A stretch of DNA of 64,000 nt from Trichoplax sp. H2 (GCA_003344405.1 NOWV01000001.1:124001-188000); one strand, 5' to 3'; counted from the first letter of the stretch, positions 36,701 to 52,600 are shown. The notes: generated from the letters alone by a model not told the origin. Translations and numbers: made by a program.

Positions 36701-39700
36701 TCGGAGAATCGCCGAAAACTTATTGTTTTTATTGCGGACTATGTCGAATTCAATTCTCCTCTTTAAATTCACTGTTTTTAGTAACTAGTATCAGTTTAAT
36801 TCGTTCAATGGCTATTGCGTTTCATGTTAAGCCTTAATAGCGATATATGTACAGTTCATTCAGTATATCCCTTATGATCCTATTGTAATCTGTCTTTTAC
36901 AAGTCAAAAGCATTTATAATGCGCTTAACTTTCAAACAACTAAATTTAACCAAATAATAACTATTTACTAATACACTTCATCTCCTCTTATTCGTAATTA
37001 ACCATTATCGTAGATAAAGAAAACGATTTTATATGCGGTCAAGTAAATACAATCAATATAAATTGACGTCATTCCTACTGGACATATTATGATCATGTAC
37101 AGATGTAGTCATAGATTAAGATTTACTGATATTCACATCATTGCCAATCCATAATAGTCTGTAAGAGTCCATTTCTTGCTATTTTACTAGCTAATCCAGT
37201 ATGTCTCGTATAGAATGGTTAAAAAATGATAACGCTATAAGACCTTAAAGATAGTTTGTAATCTGTAAATTTATACCGTATCAGTCTCGTAGCAAATCAG
37301 AGTCAACATAACGTAGAACAATTATCTGTCGCTTTAAAAACGTTAAAAGTTATATTATCCTTGCGTTATAATATATTCTATAATCTAAACCGGATAAGAA
37401 CACAACAGGATGTTGATTAAAATTTGTCAACAAAGAACTTTAGGTACCGTAACTATCGTACTGCTAACGCTATCAAAAACTACCGCGATGCCCGTCACAA
37501 TTTAGTCGCCAATGTTAACATGCAACAATAATATCCTAGCAATATCTTGGTTGTAAACTTGTACTAGTAAACATCTTTTAACAATAAAATTTCTATAACA
37601 TGGTGCACTTGTCATCAATAATCATTACAGCCGTTACTATTAAATCTGTATTGATTTATGTTTAGCTCTATATACTATTGATTTATTTCGCCTTATTGAA
37701 TACACTCTCACTACACACCCATCTGTGATTGTCATCGAAAACAAAAGCCTATTATGAGAAAGGAAAGCCATGTCTATCAAGCTATATTTACAACCAATTT
37801 CAATAATTTAAAATAATAATAATAACAGTTGCTAACGTAAAATGGCTACCAAGATTCTAAAAATAGTATCGCGTTAAAGTTTTCCTTGTGCTTAGTTAGC
37901 GTCCCCTTAAATTATGAATCAATACTGTACTATTCGTAACTAAAATTGACTACAGTAAATAGCAAACCTAATTAATATCAAATTCCAATATTACTTACCC
38001 GACTAAAGTAGTCGTTATGATAGGATAGTAAAGTTAACTTATAAATGTCTACCGTTATATAATTAAAAGATGAAATTAAAAAGTCCAAGCAAATACAAAT
38101 ATAAATCTAATCATTTCTCAATTTTTTATCCAACGAACAAGTATGATGCACCTGCTGCCACAATAGCGGCAATCAAATAAGTAGTAGGTAATAAGGGTAA
38201 CTCAACAAAGTAAGCACTATCCCGACAAATAGAGTGTTATTTAATAAATAATTTACTCAACACGTTATCCATCATCCATTTGAAACAGAAATTGACGATT
38301 TTCTTGTAAATTCAAAGTTTCTACTGTTCAAAGTTGACAACAAACCAGTATTAGTATAAAGACAACGGAAGTTAGACAATAAATTCTAATCCAATTTTGA
38401 TGCATTCATAAAACGGCCATTTATTGCGTATAAAGACGATTTATATTAACATCCACAGATGTGCATTACTATATTGAATTAGAAAAGAAATTCCAGCTGT
38501 TAACGATGATCAGGCGATGTTAATTGACAATAGCCCATTGATCAGATGTTTTAATTTAAAGCCTGGATGTAGCAAGGCTCCATGAAGAGTAACATACGAA
38601 AAGTATGTTTTGAAACAGCGAATCATTCTTTTATCGTTATTAATTGCCTACTTCTTATTAGCTTTAATAATGATAAATTGTAGTGCAGAGTATCAAAGAT
38701 GATTTTTACATCACGGTGAATGATCGCTAAAATACAACAGAAACTTTATGCTATCGAAATAACTAACGATAGGGATCATTAATCTGCTACGGATAATTAA
38801 CTATCTATTACCAAATTTCACTAAAAATAGTGCTACTGTATAAACATCCCTTTCGTGTTCTATGGTGAAATATACAATCCCTTTATTAATATCTACTATG
38901 GTACAGTATATTTATCCTATACGAATAAATAACCATGATCGATGTATTTGCTTCGTACTGATAATGGACTTAAAGATCTTCCTGACCTCTTTAATCTAAT
39001 ATCTATTTTCAATAAGTTATTTATTTTGAAATATAAATAGATACATACAAAATAAGATATTAAATACTATCAGAATATTGCATGATAGCGTTCTATCACA
39101 CCAGTATAAATAATAGTAAAACTAGGTAAAAATATGGACGGAATTATAATATTTATTATCTGATTATATATTTTCAAAATTATACTATTTAGTCGAAAGA
39201 TTGCATTTTGTTGACATTAAAAATGTTCTTTTATCGATTATGATATCGTAGTATTCAGTTCTAAACTAAATTATATGAATTTGCTATGTCAGCAAACCTA
39301 AGAATGTTAGATTATTGATTAGCGTCATATCTACAGAAAAGAAGCCTATTAAAATGGAATTCTTTACTGACAATCAAATCTATTAATCGATGACTCCAAT
39401 ATACATGCTATACTCTGTGTAAAGGAAATAGGGATTTGAAACATCTTTTCGTTAATCCATTTAATGATCCATTTTTTAAGTATTTCATGATCACAATACT
39501 TCAATATTATTCACCTAGAGTGCCATATTAATTTTTCATTTATAGTATTGTACAATAGTTCGAGACAATGAACTAAACAGAAATTTGGCTTAGTAATCAA
39601 CGAATAAGTAAATTTGATAATCAAATTTGTAGCATTTTGACCTGTTACGTATCATAGATTTAGATAATGGTGTAAACTTATCTTTCATCGCACGCTATTA

Positions 39701-42700
39701 GGATAAAGTATCATACTACAGATACAGTGGTGATCACCTCTTTCACGTTTGATTTAACAATTGTATAAAATTATATATACGCTGGAAATGCATATATGCG
39801 AGTAATTATACTGCGTTAAAGGCTCCTTGTAGTGCATGAGTTCTTAACCCTATTACTTATTAAGACATATAGTACATTTTTAGTTCTACACTGCATACTA
39901 TAATTGTATTTCCTAACACATAGCCAGTGTAATTAGCTCAAATCATTACCTATTGTCGTATGAGTTGATTCAAGTACAGTACCACAAACTACCCTTCTGA
40001 ATTATATACCATATTAAATGATCAATATTTCATTGACTTGAGAATACACTTATATTGTATTTATTTCTAGACAGGATACGGTAGTTATTTGGCTGTAATA
40101 ACACAACAATGAATGAAATATGGCAATAAATGTTGATCATATGAAATCTAAGTATGGCACTGTACTAGCAATAAGTCTTGATAGTATTTCTTAGGTACAG
40201 CATAATTTAGGGTAACATTATATAATATAACACATTGTAATGATAAAAAATTTAATCTTTGATAATATACATTAACGCCTGATTATTAATTATTGAATGC
40301 CATTTATTATAACTATAGGCGTTGTCGCATATCAATTATTATAATCCTGTCATATTACTTTTATTGCTGGAATAGACTTCAATTTTAATGTTTACTAAAC
40401 TAGATTACTTCTGGGGCAATCTAATCATATTCTTTAGAGTTGGTACAATCTGTCAGCTAGTAAAGTTCGGGTGTAGTCTTATTTGATAATAACAATAATC
40501 ATGGTGTGACTCATGTGGTGAGATTATGATACCACCCGATAAAGTCAATATAATTAGAAGTCTTTTACATCTGATAAAGTTTATGTGAATTACTGCACAG
40601 ATAGTTCCTTAATAAGTAAAACAAGTCATTACATATAAGAAAGAAGAGGGAGAGGCTGTGACGTAGTATTGCATAATGATAAGTCCATTATAGATGCGAA
40701 CAGTAGGATACGCATTAATTCGAGACTTGATGATTATGCCACCGCTTAACAACTTTTAAAAATTGCATGGCATTTTAGCAGTGTATCATTGTTATAGGAA
40801 AGAGTTTGTGAAGATTAATAGTCGTGGTCACTGATTACTTCTAGAATAGTCGAAGAGTATTCTTAGGCGTGTATGAAACCTCTCTGTTATGAATGTTAGG
40901 CATATGAGTAAGCCTAATTTAACAGTTACTCGGAAAAGAGTTAATTCCTTCATTATAACTTTTCACCGGTGCTATAAATTTTATAAATTAAAAGTTCAAT
41001 GTAGGATATAGCGTTCAGCTAGGAGAGACATCGCAAGTTCAATAAACTAAATATCGGAATAATGTCATAATCCATACACTAATTATTATTATCATCTCAG
41101 ATAAATTACTTTATATAAAAATTATATAGCTTCTGTTGGTAGATTTAAATTTGACAACCCCTACTATTACTCATCGGGGCGGCACACCTTCTTTTCTCTT
41201 CATATCTAGCTAGCTACAGTACTATGTACGCTAGGAAGGTCAGGGTTATAAGCCATCATGGCATGATAGGTAGCTCGCGTTGATGGGATGTTCAAACATC
41301 AGAAAGGAAATTAATTACTGCAAACTCCGTCCCTCAAAACACTTAAGTAAGCGATGACTTCCGCAGTCTCATCAATAAACTTAGAATTATAAGATATAAT
41401 AAAGCAGCGACGATGATAATACTTAAAAACTGTTTCACACGATAAAAAATTTTTAATATTGACATATAATTTGTGAAACTTTTCAATCAAAATAAATTTA
41501 ATTTAACCATAACTACGGATTTAAAATCAACATGGTGAAATCTGGCGTCATGTTGTGTTGAAAAATTATAGGTATGGGCAACTTTAATTAATGTGTGCAT
41601 CTTGTACTATAATAGATAATCCTTAATTGCAGATTATGTCGATCATATGGAATAATATCTTTACTTGTCCGTTTATTTCGTAACTATTTCTAGTAAGCAC
41701 AAACACTACATAGTACACGAGTGTTTAGATATAGTAATAAATTTTCAGTTTACGTTTAGAGCGTTTATCATCTTGTGATATGTAGTATGCAATTCGCAAT
41801 AACAAAATTTTAGTCTCCTCTACTCCGCCTACAGTGTATGAGTTCAATAGGTCACCAACCAAGATACTCAATCAAAACTAATAGTGGATAGTACAAGGTT
41901 TATCATCGATATACAAGATATAAGAAATAAGGTATCACTTCCTTGCTGTTGATTTCCAGTTAGGTCATATAATGAAAAAAGTTACGAACTACAAACATCG
42001 GGCCAAAATAATAACTGAAAAAATACAATAGAAAATGATAGTTTTTAAACATCATAGAAGTTTCACATGTCATGCATATTTTTCGTAATTCAGATGCAAA
42101 TGAAATATTAATATCAAAGCAGTTGAGTAAATTAGTCTAGTTATTTAATAAAGGACAAAATCTATCAATTATGCTATTGAAAATACATAATGACAACAGC
42201 AATAGAGTTATGCAACTAATTTAAATTATTGGCATCATTCCCTAATATCTTAGCTTAACTCTAAGAGTTTTAATTCTCCTTTGAAAAGCTTTCAAATTAA
42301 TACTTGTATCGATATTTATCTATATCTACTTATATTTCTTAATAATTCTGCTATACATGCTAATTGGCAATCTAGTATACTTCAAGCTCGCATTTTTGTT
42401 GTTGAATACAGAATAAAGTCGTTAGGTTCGAGACTGGTACTGCCGTATGATATGTTGTCGGCTTATTCCGTGGCTAAGTAAACAAACGATGTTCTAAAAG
42501 CGGCTCCTCCCTAATATTTACTCGCATAAATGTCAGTCATAGTCTTATAACCTTGTGATAGGAAATAGTTTAAATAAACGGCAGCCCATAGCAAATATAA
42601 CATAGTCATTTAGCAGTGACCGGAGCATCTAACGATACCTTCAAAAACGCCCATGAAAGGATAAAACGCGTAGTTCTAGGTTTTTCACTCGTGTTATTTC

Positions 42701-45700
42701 ACTGTACAGGTGTGGTAAAATCAATGCAATTATCCATCACTTTTTTGTAAGAGTATCACCGTAGCCTTTCTGAAGAATAACGTATATTATCGATTTGAAT
42801 GTATCAAATATATGAAATTTTAACTTTGAATGTTGTAAAAATATTATTGAAACATTCTTTAAGAGAACGCTCATTCTGATTGCATTATTCATATTTAAAT
42901 CCTGTCAATCATGTGCACAGGTAGATATCATTGAGCAAACACAACCATTATTTTTCATTTCGTTTCCGTCTTGCTATTCCACATAGAATGTGGGCTGAAG
43001 TTGCAGTATAATTTCTGCAATTAATTAATTTAATAATTTGCAAAATTTAGCTTGTTGATAAACACTTCCATCTTATCTACTACTATCCACAATAAATAAA
43101 AATCGTTTTAAAATAGCTCAGCACATGCATAAAAAATAAAACATATGCTAATGTAAACAAGATTAATAACTGGCATACTTTTATTCTAAAGTACAGGTAT
43201 GTTGGGAATCAAAACAGTAATGTGTTACTTCTATACGCCGCCTACTCTACTATTTAGTTCTCATAACAAAGAATCGTAGACGAAACCGCTATGCTATTTT
43301 ACTTCAATTTGCTATACGAGAAACTATGCAGAATTAATTAATGATCATTCTCGATGAGTCATGAAAGTTAAATATATAAATTTATATAGATTAATACTAA
43401 CTTTACGATCTACAGTATCATGCTGAATAATAGGATAAATTAGTAAATTATTTCATTAATTTAATAAATCGACAATGCAGTTAAACCCAGCTATAATTGC
43501 TATCTTCATTTTGCAAGCTTTTAAGTGTCAAACTGCGAGCACCGATACGCCCTTAAGACTTATAAATCCTTATTACATACAAACTGGTTTAAAATTGGTT
43601 TTTATAATGCAAATTAATGTATTACTCAATTCTAGAGGTCTAAATTCAGCTAAGTAGCAAAGCTCTTTGTATGTAACTAAATTTCGTCCGTATGTAAACG
43701 TATGAGTATGCTGTTACAAGATACTATCTGATGCATTAGAAGCTATTTAAATGGATACACATTCTATCAGAGGCATAAAATATATTCTCTACTCCGTGAT
43801 GTGTATATAAAGAATTTCTTGGATTAAATTTAGTAGCCCTAAGTTGTAATATTCTATTAATTAGGAGCGGTATCTAATATTTCCACACCTATAACATTAT
43901 GAATGCTTGGCGACACAATAATGTATTTCCCATTTAGATAAATACTATATGTAGAGAAGTACGATAGATTCCTATTTCATATCTCATTGATCTGTATGCT
44001 GAATTAGACTGCTAGTTTAGTATGTAATAAAGTTAATGCCGTGTATTAAAAAGCTTAGCGAATATTATAATATAGATCAAACCAATAATCTCATATTCGA
44101 TTACTTCCAGTTAAAAGTTTTCGCTGAATTGTCATAAGCAAGGACTTCCATCGTATTTCAGTTTTGAGATTAACCGGCTAAGTTGTAAAATATAATAGCT
44201 AGATCATTATCAACTCAAACAGTCTCGATAGCGTGGGTATCTTCTTGGGTGGCATATGAAAAAGCTCCTTTAATCAAGACATCATAATGAGATTGTATAG
44301 TATCCAGCTATCACTCCATGCCTTCAGTACCCATAAGTAATTGCATTATTCTGAAATAATTTGATCTAAAGAAGAGGACTTTCTTATCATGCTAACATTA
44401 CGGCACTCAACACAATCTTAACACTAACAATATTCTGGATTGCAACCGGCTGTTAGGATACATGTTGATTACTAGTATCTATAGTTGTAGCTCGAAGCTA
44501 CGGATAGCCAACTTGGCATACTAAATAAATCGTGTACGACTGTATGCAAACTTTGAAGATATCTTAATAGTATCCAATCAAGGTGTGGTCATGACCCGTA
44601 TTTTATTATTACGTTGTTAAGGAATTAACTTTTGTATATTATGTGATCTCGGGAGAAATGGTAAAGGGAGTATACGGTATGGCAACAATGATGATTGAAG
44701 CAATTATGTGATCGCGACGACATTTGTCTTGATGAACAATTATGTCGGGAATGCCCGCAGGCTTTACCTCCTACTGTTGGCGCCGTTAATAGCGCATTAT
44801 TGCAGCATTACAACACTACAACACACACCGATGATACAGATAGCAATTTAAGAGCTATGTATTTGCATTAATATATGGCTAGATGTATCCGTAACTATAA
44901 TGGGATAATACACTTTTAGCTTAAAATTAATAGGTAAATTAAGGAAGTTTTTCAAGATAGGATAAGAAATTTTCATAGCCTAAATATAGTTGTCGCAAGT
45001 TTCGGGTTTTTAAATTGGTGGGCACTACAATTTTTTACCACTATGATTTTATACTATTATTAAACGAGTAAAATAGCTAAATATAATCTTCATAATAAAA
45101 AATTTACGTAAGACTTGATGTTGTTTATAATATTTTTCATCGTGTATAATTGAATGTTTCATCTACTATATTAAACGAATGACAAGCATTACGCCTTATA
45201 TTTTTGTATAGACAAGTACAATGATCTAAAAATGATTTACTTCACCTTTGTTCCGAAGTTAAGTAGTAAAAGGATGGCTATTAGTACAATATAGCACAGC
45301 TTTTAATGCTTTAAAATATATACTTGTACAAATCCTGATAAGATAGAATTTTATCCTCTTTAATATTGGTAGTCAAGGCGAAATTCTCAGGCATAAAACT
45401 GCTCTACAGTAAATTACTTTTTGCCTATATAGATTGTCTCTCCACTATATTTGTGATACCCTCAAGGCTTTATTAATAAAGCCATATGATATTTATATTA
45501 CAACTATCATCCGTGTTACTTTATTCTTTAATATTTAAGTAGTTCAACGGCAGAAAGAATCTATCAGATAGTGGCTTTAAGAAATCTGCAATGAAGGAAG
45601 TACAGTATTTATGAAATTGCCTTAAGAAGTTAGCGATGACGTTAAAAGGCAATAATAAAATGCGTAGGACTTCAAAACATTGGCCCAAATTGCTTTATTG

Positions 45701-48700
45701 ATTGAAATCATAAAAGAAAACTTAAACGCTATACATATAAAATTCGCGCCAGAAGTTGTTTACAACGTTCAAGAGGACAATTCAATAATTATGCTTCTGT
45801 TGGCGGTAGTGAATCGACGATGATGGTTAACAGAATTGATATACGGTTTATTAATATCATTGTCAGTAAAGAATGACAATGCCTAATACTCCAAATGTCT
45901 ACAGATAGATCTCATTCACTATTTGAAAATATATTATTGACGATCTTCTTTTTATGTATTAGTCGCGTGATCTCTAGATTGACTAGATAGAATAGGACGA
46001 AAATAGTTGATGATTGTCTCAAGACAACAGAGGATTATCAAGGACAATAATAGCGAATTTTAGTAGTAGAACATGATGGATCAATCGTAATTCATAGTAA
46101 ATTACTATAAGCACAACATCGAAACTACTCTAATTCTTTTTACTATTTTCCTACAACCAGGTGTCTATCATAATGACGATCAGGTGATATTCAACAATAA
46201 CGCAATAGTTTGAGTAGAGTAAAAAAATGGTATCTATATGAGCGCTACTTATTAGGTATAACTTATTCATGTGACCGGATACAGAGGAAATAGGAATATA
46301 ATATTAACTAAATCATCACAGCTGCAAGCTGTAATACAATATTTAATTAGTAACTTCCATGCCCGTTACATATAAACATATAAGACTAATTTATAATCAT
46401 CAATAATACCTAATAAACTAAAGTACATACTTCTTTGAAACATAGCGTCGTCATTTACCAGTATTTATCAACAAAAATCATTTTACGCTAATAATTGTAG
46501 ACATTTAGTTGAATGCAAAGAATCTATTTGTATCTCACAATAATTCTACATTTATAAATTATTTCTATTAAAGTCAAATGGAGTAGTGATGCCATCGTAG
46601 GAGATATAAACAGGAAATACCTACAAAAATTCATACCAGTCATATTTCCAATTTTACAAATAAAATAAAATATATGCAAAAATGCAACAATAATGCACTT
46701 TCATAAATTTTCTTTTTATCTTATTTATTAAATTACCGCACTTTTTCAATATCGACAGTTTAAGTACTGAAATTGCGTATTTATATAGAAATAGATTCTG
46801 CGGTAAATAATTCACATTAAAAAATAAAAAGATAAAAACTATTAATCGAATAATAAATAATATATTTAACAATTTTTAAATTTCATATGACGTCAATAAA
46901 AGATTAATACCACCGGAGATAGACTTGATAATCTGTTTAGTTAATAATGTTAATATACCAATTAAAATAGGCTTCTGCATTTAATGTATTCTCTCCTGTA
47001 TCAATACTTAAATATAAGATGACAACCAACAATTAACCATTTGCTTAATGACATATCACTATTCTATGACTTATCCTATTCGTCATTTTATTAATATTGA
47101 CGATACGTTATTACATTAAAAAATTTTGCTTTAAAAGGATGTCAATTATCACCTCTAAGAAAGTGAAAATTCGAATATATTCAGACAATGAATAAATTAA
47201 TAATCAGTTTAAGGTTGTATTTAGATAGTGCTGTATTGATTAATAAGTAATAATTATGTTCTTGATAGCATGTAGAAAATAGTAATACTAAATAAACTTG
47301 GTTTTGTAACATTCTAATATATTAAATCTTACTATGAAATTGAAGCTAATCGTAAAAATTTACTATATCTGGCCACAATCGAGTAGAAAGTCCTGAATAC
47401 AATTATGCATATAGTCCATGAAGTGCAAACCGTACTGCATGAGCTTCTATCTTAATGTGCAAACATATTGGGCTTGATCAAGCATAAGGTCTTGTAGCCA
47501 ACAAATACTTAATCCAATAAGTAAATCCAGCTCTCATTGTTTCCAAATGCCGACAAACTATGTCATACGTTTAATAGAGTATTCAACTATTGTACTTATT
47601 CCAAAATTAAAAATCTGAAATTTAAAATTAGCTAGCCTCACTTATAATAAAGTATCGAATATAGGTAGAGTAGAAAAATAACTGCTGAAATCTTTAAGCA
47701 GAAGTGAAATCATAAAAAGACAATATAAATCAAAGATTAAAAATTCGAGCTATTTATAAGGGAATTCTTGTAAATACACATATCCGTATATGAATTTTAG
47801 TCTATTACGAAAGCATGGCTTTTGAAAATATTAAGCGGTAAAGTATACTATTAGATTGATAAATATTTTTAAATAACAGGAATTTAACACTCCATTTTAT
47901 TAATATGCATAGATTGAATTCGTATGGGCACCGCCGTTGAGACATAATTGGACTTAATATACTGAAATAAAGAGTCTGGTAGATTTTGAAGGCGAAAACC
48001 CATAAAATTGTATAGTTATTTCATTTCACTGTTTTAAACTCATAAAATACCACTGGTTTATTATGTGGGAAAAGTTCAAACGTTCAGTAAATTATCTTTG
48101 TAAATATAGATCAAATCAATGGAAGAAGTAAATCATAATATAATAGGGTAAGGTAGATTGATTATTACTATGAAGCAAGAAAGAATTTTTTATTTCCGTC
48201 TTTCAGTTCTGTTGATTCGTTTACAATAATAAGTAATAGTAAACGCACCTACATCTACTGAGGTAGTTATAACCAAGTACGGCTTTCTAGCTTCTGTTAG
48301 TATTTCTAACAGATCTATCTCTTGAATTCCTATAAATTTAACTTTATTATTGTATTGATTTCTGGATGAGTTAAATTACAACAAAAACATGAAAGATTCA
48401 TTGCAAATAAAAGTAGATCATAAAATCTACTTTTAACATTCAGCGGATTATCAAATGTAAAATTGACAGACTAAATCTATTGAGGTAGAAAATTTATATT
48501 AAAATGGAAAATAGCAAGGTCTTAGTGTGTATTAAGATTTTCATACATCTATAGTCATGATCGCTGATAGTTCAGCAATCAGTACAAGATACAAATCGTA
48601 ATAAAGAATTTCAATCTGTAATTCTACATGGCATAAAAAAGTATATCAATACAAGAATACAGCTGTATGACTGTCAAAGTGTTATAAAATATACTATGTT

Positions 48701-49663
48701 AGAGCAAAGAAGAGATACCAAAATGCAGTTGATAGTAGAATAAAAATATCGATAATACGCATATATATATAATATGCACATGTACTAATACACTTGGACA
48801 TTTATATTCATATAAAGATGCAACATATGCAAGAATATATGTATATATATATTTATAAAAGAAAATAGATGATGATATAACATCATAAGATAATAAAAAC
48901 GAAAAGAAATATTTAATTAGATGATTATGGAAATACAGTGAACTAGTTACATGAAACATTGATTATCTACAAGCCATTTGCACCGAATGGACGATGCTAT
49001 GATACAGTTCAATACGAAAATAAATTCCTTTAGTTAGAATTATAAATTTGTAACAAATATAGTTCTATGTTATATGTATTCAAAAGGTTAATGTCAATGC
49101 CAATATCGTAGAAGTGTTATACAAGATTGTACGATGTGATATCTGTACAACTTGTATTACAAGAATATCATAAAATAAAGTTTGCTTGGCATGAAAATTG
49201 ATAAATTTTGTCTGTCCTTCTATCTAATTAAGTAATGGCATTGATGAAGAATGTCCGAGCATGTAATGGTTATGAGGTGTTCTATTTTCTAGTTAACTTT
49301 TCACTGAAATATTCTATAATTTATCTATCTTCATGGTATTCATTTGCTGTGCAAGTTCTTGACGCTTAATGCTAGCTAATATAATAGCTCACTGGATAGA
49401 TCATATAGCAATAACGTTGATAAAGAAAATAATAAAAAATATTGGTCACTACCAACTTAATAGCATGAATGTGTCCACTGATGTGATAAGGATAATTGAT
49501 GTTATAGTTCTTACTATTTCGATACTATTTTAGAAATCGATGGAGAAAAATGAAATCAAAAGTTGTGGCAAATATGTTATAGGAGGCACCAGTAGATTAA
49601 GGCAATGATAATGATGGCCATCCCTGCTAAGCAGCCATAATGGTATAAGTAGGAGAGTTCTAA

Positions 49664-52600
49664 TCACCTCATCAGCGCTGTTGTAGTTAAAGCAGCGAAA
49701 GTGCGATTAGTTGCTGGCCGCTTGTTTAACGTAGAGACACGAGATGATTTTAACGGCGAGAGAATAGGCTGCGTTGACATTAGGCCAGTTACTCTAAAGT
49801 TTTAAAATAATACTTCTAGTTAGTCTACATTTGGCGCAGTTTCAACATTTACTCTACGCAGTAATTATATAAGAGACTGTCAATAAATAAAGTTCATTTC
49901 AACCTTAGTGGCTGTGTTATTCCACGTGTATGGAGGGATCTTAAATCATCGTTCCTAACTCCACCGGTTGTGGCAGCACGCACATGATTTTGAGACTTCA
50001 GTCGTCGCAGTTCATCGCCTTGGGATAAGGATTGCGATAGTGATGGCGTAGCTGGAGTATATGTTCTCGATGTATTACTGGAAGAAATCCTAGCTGCACT
50101 TCTAGTATTATAATAAGATGTAGTTGATGGTCTGAATCCATAGCTAGACGTAGTAATAGTCTAGAAATTGAATAAAAACAATATTTAAAATCAGAAAGCA
50201 ATAAATAGATTGAAATTCTAGTAGATTATTACAAAATTTTAATTTACTGGTTAGTCATTACCACAGTGAAATGAAATTATTTAATTTGAGAGAGATTAGC
50301 ATTTTTTAACAGGCTATATTCGAGCATATTAAAAGTCAACACATATTCTTAATCAATATTTCATAAAGTCCTAACAGGAATCAGAGAAGTGAGATGCAAA
50401 TGATTGGCCTTTACAAACACTATTAACTTTTTAATATCGATACATTCAGTTGACTAGACTGGACTATCGTTTAAAGGACAAAATGAACAAATTATTGAAT
50501 GTCCTGTATTAACGTTATTATCAATTCATTGAATAACAAACTCATTAAAGTAATATTATAATAAATCCGGCAATATCTATAAATCGTATTTTAGTTGACG
50601 TTTAAAACAAGGACTAAAATTTTGATGCTGATGATTTAATGCAAGTCAATGTTATTAATGTCTTAATTATGTGGCACTAATTGAAATGATCTTACACGGA
50701 ATAGCATAAGTAAAAATTATTTGTATTAGTGATACCGAATTCACTCTATCGTAAGTTCAATGCATAAAATGTACTTGAGCAATATCGTAATTATCCGTGA
50801 GCATTGAATAAATTGAATACAAACATATTAAGGTAATATTCCATAAGAGTTAGTGATAATGCAGAAATACATAAGAGTAAATAATAATCAGTTTACCTCT
50901 TGTTTTGTCCTTCGAGGTGTCAGCGTTTTGCTAAGAGCACTAATGCCAGATGTCGAGCTACTCTTGCTAAGACCCATGTCTAGACCACTTGTTGGAGAGG
51001 AATAAGTAAAGAGATTTTTAATATCTCTACTATCTTCGATTTTAATCGTTTCCACTCCACTTGTAAGTTTATTGATCTCTACTGGATCACCTAGAAAAAT
51101 GAAAAAATCTTATAATTAATATTTTATAGTAGTACTGGCAATATTCTTGCCTGGCACAAATATGATGATGATTTACGAGAACGGTCATGTAACGGTCATG
51201 TACGAGAAATTACAGTATTTGCTGAACTTACTTTCATGCTTTTTATTTTGTACATCAAAGACCTCTCCTTCAATCCAGAGCAAGTTTTGTTTCCTATTAG
51301 ATTTAAACAATTTGTTGTAAGTGATTTTATGTAGAATTATATCTAATTTATAGCTATCAAGTGAAACAGATTACTATTATACTTACTCTTCTAAGAAATG
51401 CTGTTGAGGTCCGATAACCGATCCTGGACGGCAAATTCTATAAGACAAAGTCAAACTTATTACATTTCTTACATTAACTATAGATTAATAGCTCTGATAC
51501 GATCCTACCTTAACCAGCCAATGGCTTCTGATGCAGTAAATCGGTAATGCTTCATCAAATAGCAACCAAGAAGTGTTCCAGTTCGCCCAAGTCCGGCTAA
51601 TTTATATTAATGAATTATTATTATATTATTTAAGAGTGCTAAGACATAACGATCGCTAGCTTATCGTGATTAAGATATTTATAAGTGCCTAATATCTCTA
51701 AACATTGTAAATTTAAAAAACAAAATTTTATGACTTCGATTTACCTTTGCAATGTACAGCAATAGCGCCTACATTTTTCTCACATAATCTCAAAAACTCA
51801 CTATACGGAAAAATAAAATATTAAATTGAAGTCGTAATTGCTCAATTGGGTAGAAAAAATTTTTCTATTTTGATTTCTATTTTTGCTTTTAATTTTATCA
51901 ATTCAGAACCTTTGATAGCTTTTCAATTAATAGACTAGGAATCATTTTTATTTTAATGTTTGTAAACTCGGAATTTAGGGTGCATTTCAACGAGATAACG
52001 GTATTATTCTAGATCACTTAGACGTATCCATATGTAGCGCAATTTTAATTTAGTATAGGACCTATTGATTGTATCACCTTATAACTTGCCACTTTCGATC
52101 AGACTTTATTTACAAAATCAATAGTATAGTTTATGTTGTTTTTAAAAGAATCAGTTGTTATTAGAAAGGTTAATTTATCGATGCTTTATTTGGCAGTGTT
52201 GTTATTTCGTTATAATCTGTACTTAAGACTATATCTAGAAATCCGGATGCATTTTACGTTATTTTAGCGTATTCGTTATACAGTGTCAATACAGATTTTG
52301 TAAGTTTATGATTTCTGATATTAAATCTGATCAGAACTAGATTTAATGAGTACAGGTGCTGTATGCTCGTCTCTACTTGTGTCGATCTATTCATTGTGTG
52401 AATTTAGTTTGTGCTTCTTAAACTGAGTGGTCATATAATTATCATGATCATCCTAATTACTATAAGCTAAGGCTAACTTAGAGTTTATAAATTAAGATTT
52501 AAGCTAAATTATTTTTCTTGGAATTGAAAATTGATTGTTTGTAAGCATCTCTTACTAAATATTCTCATGTTTATAAGAATAGCTCAGGTTTAAATGGATT

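Noticed and set aside
38150-38280. Hydrophobic exon-like segment considered as the LRP signal-peptide exon
   Set aside because: No in-frame ATG before a stop; a better phase-compatible exon exists at 31768-31852.
42415-42445. B-box-like GGTTCGAGACT
   Set aside because: No upstream A-box or stems; compatible with chance.
44732-44851. 39-codon plus-strand ORF with a signal-peptide-like stretch (RRLYLLLLAPLIAHYCS)
   Set aside because: No splice donor or continuation, and too short to support.
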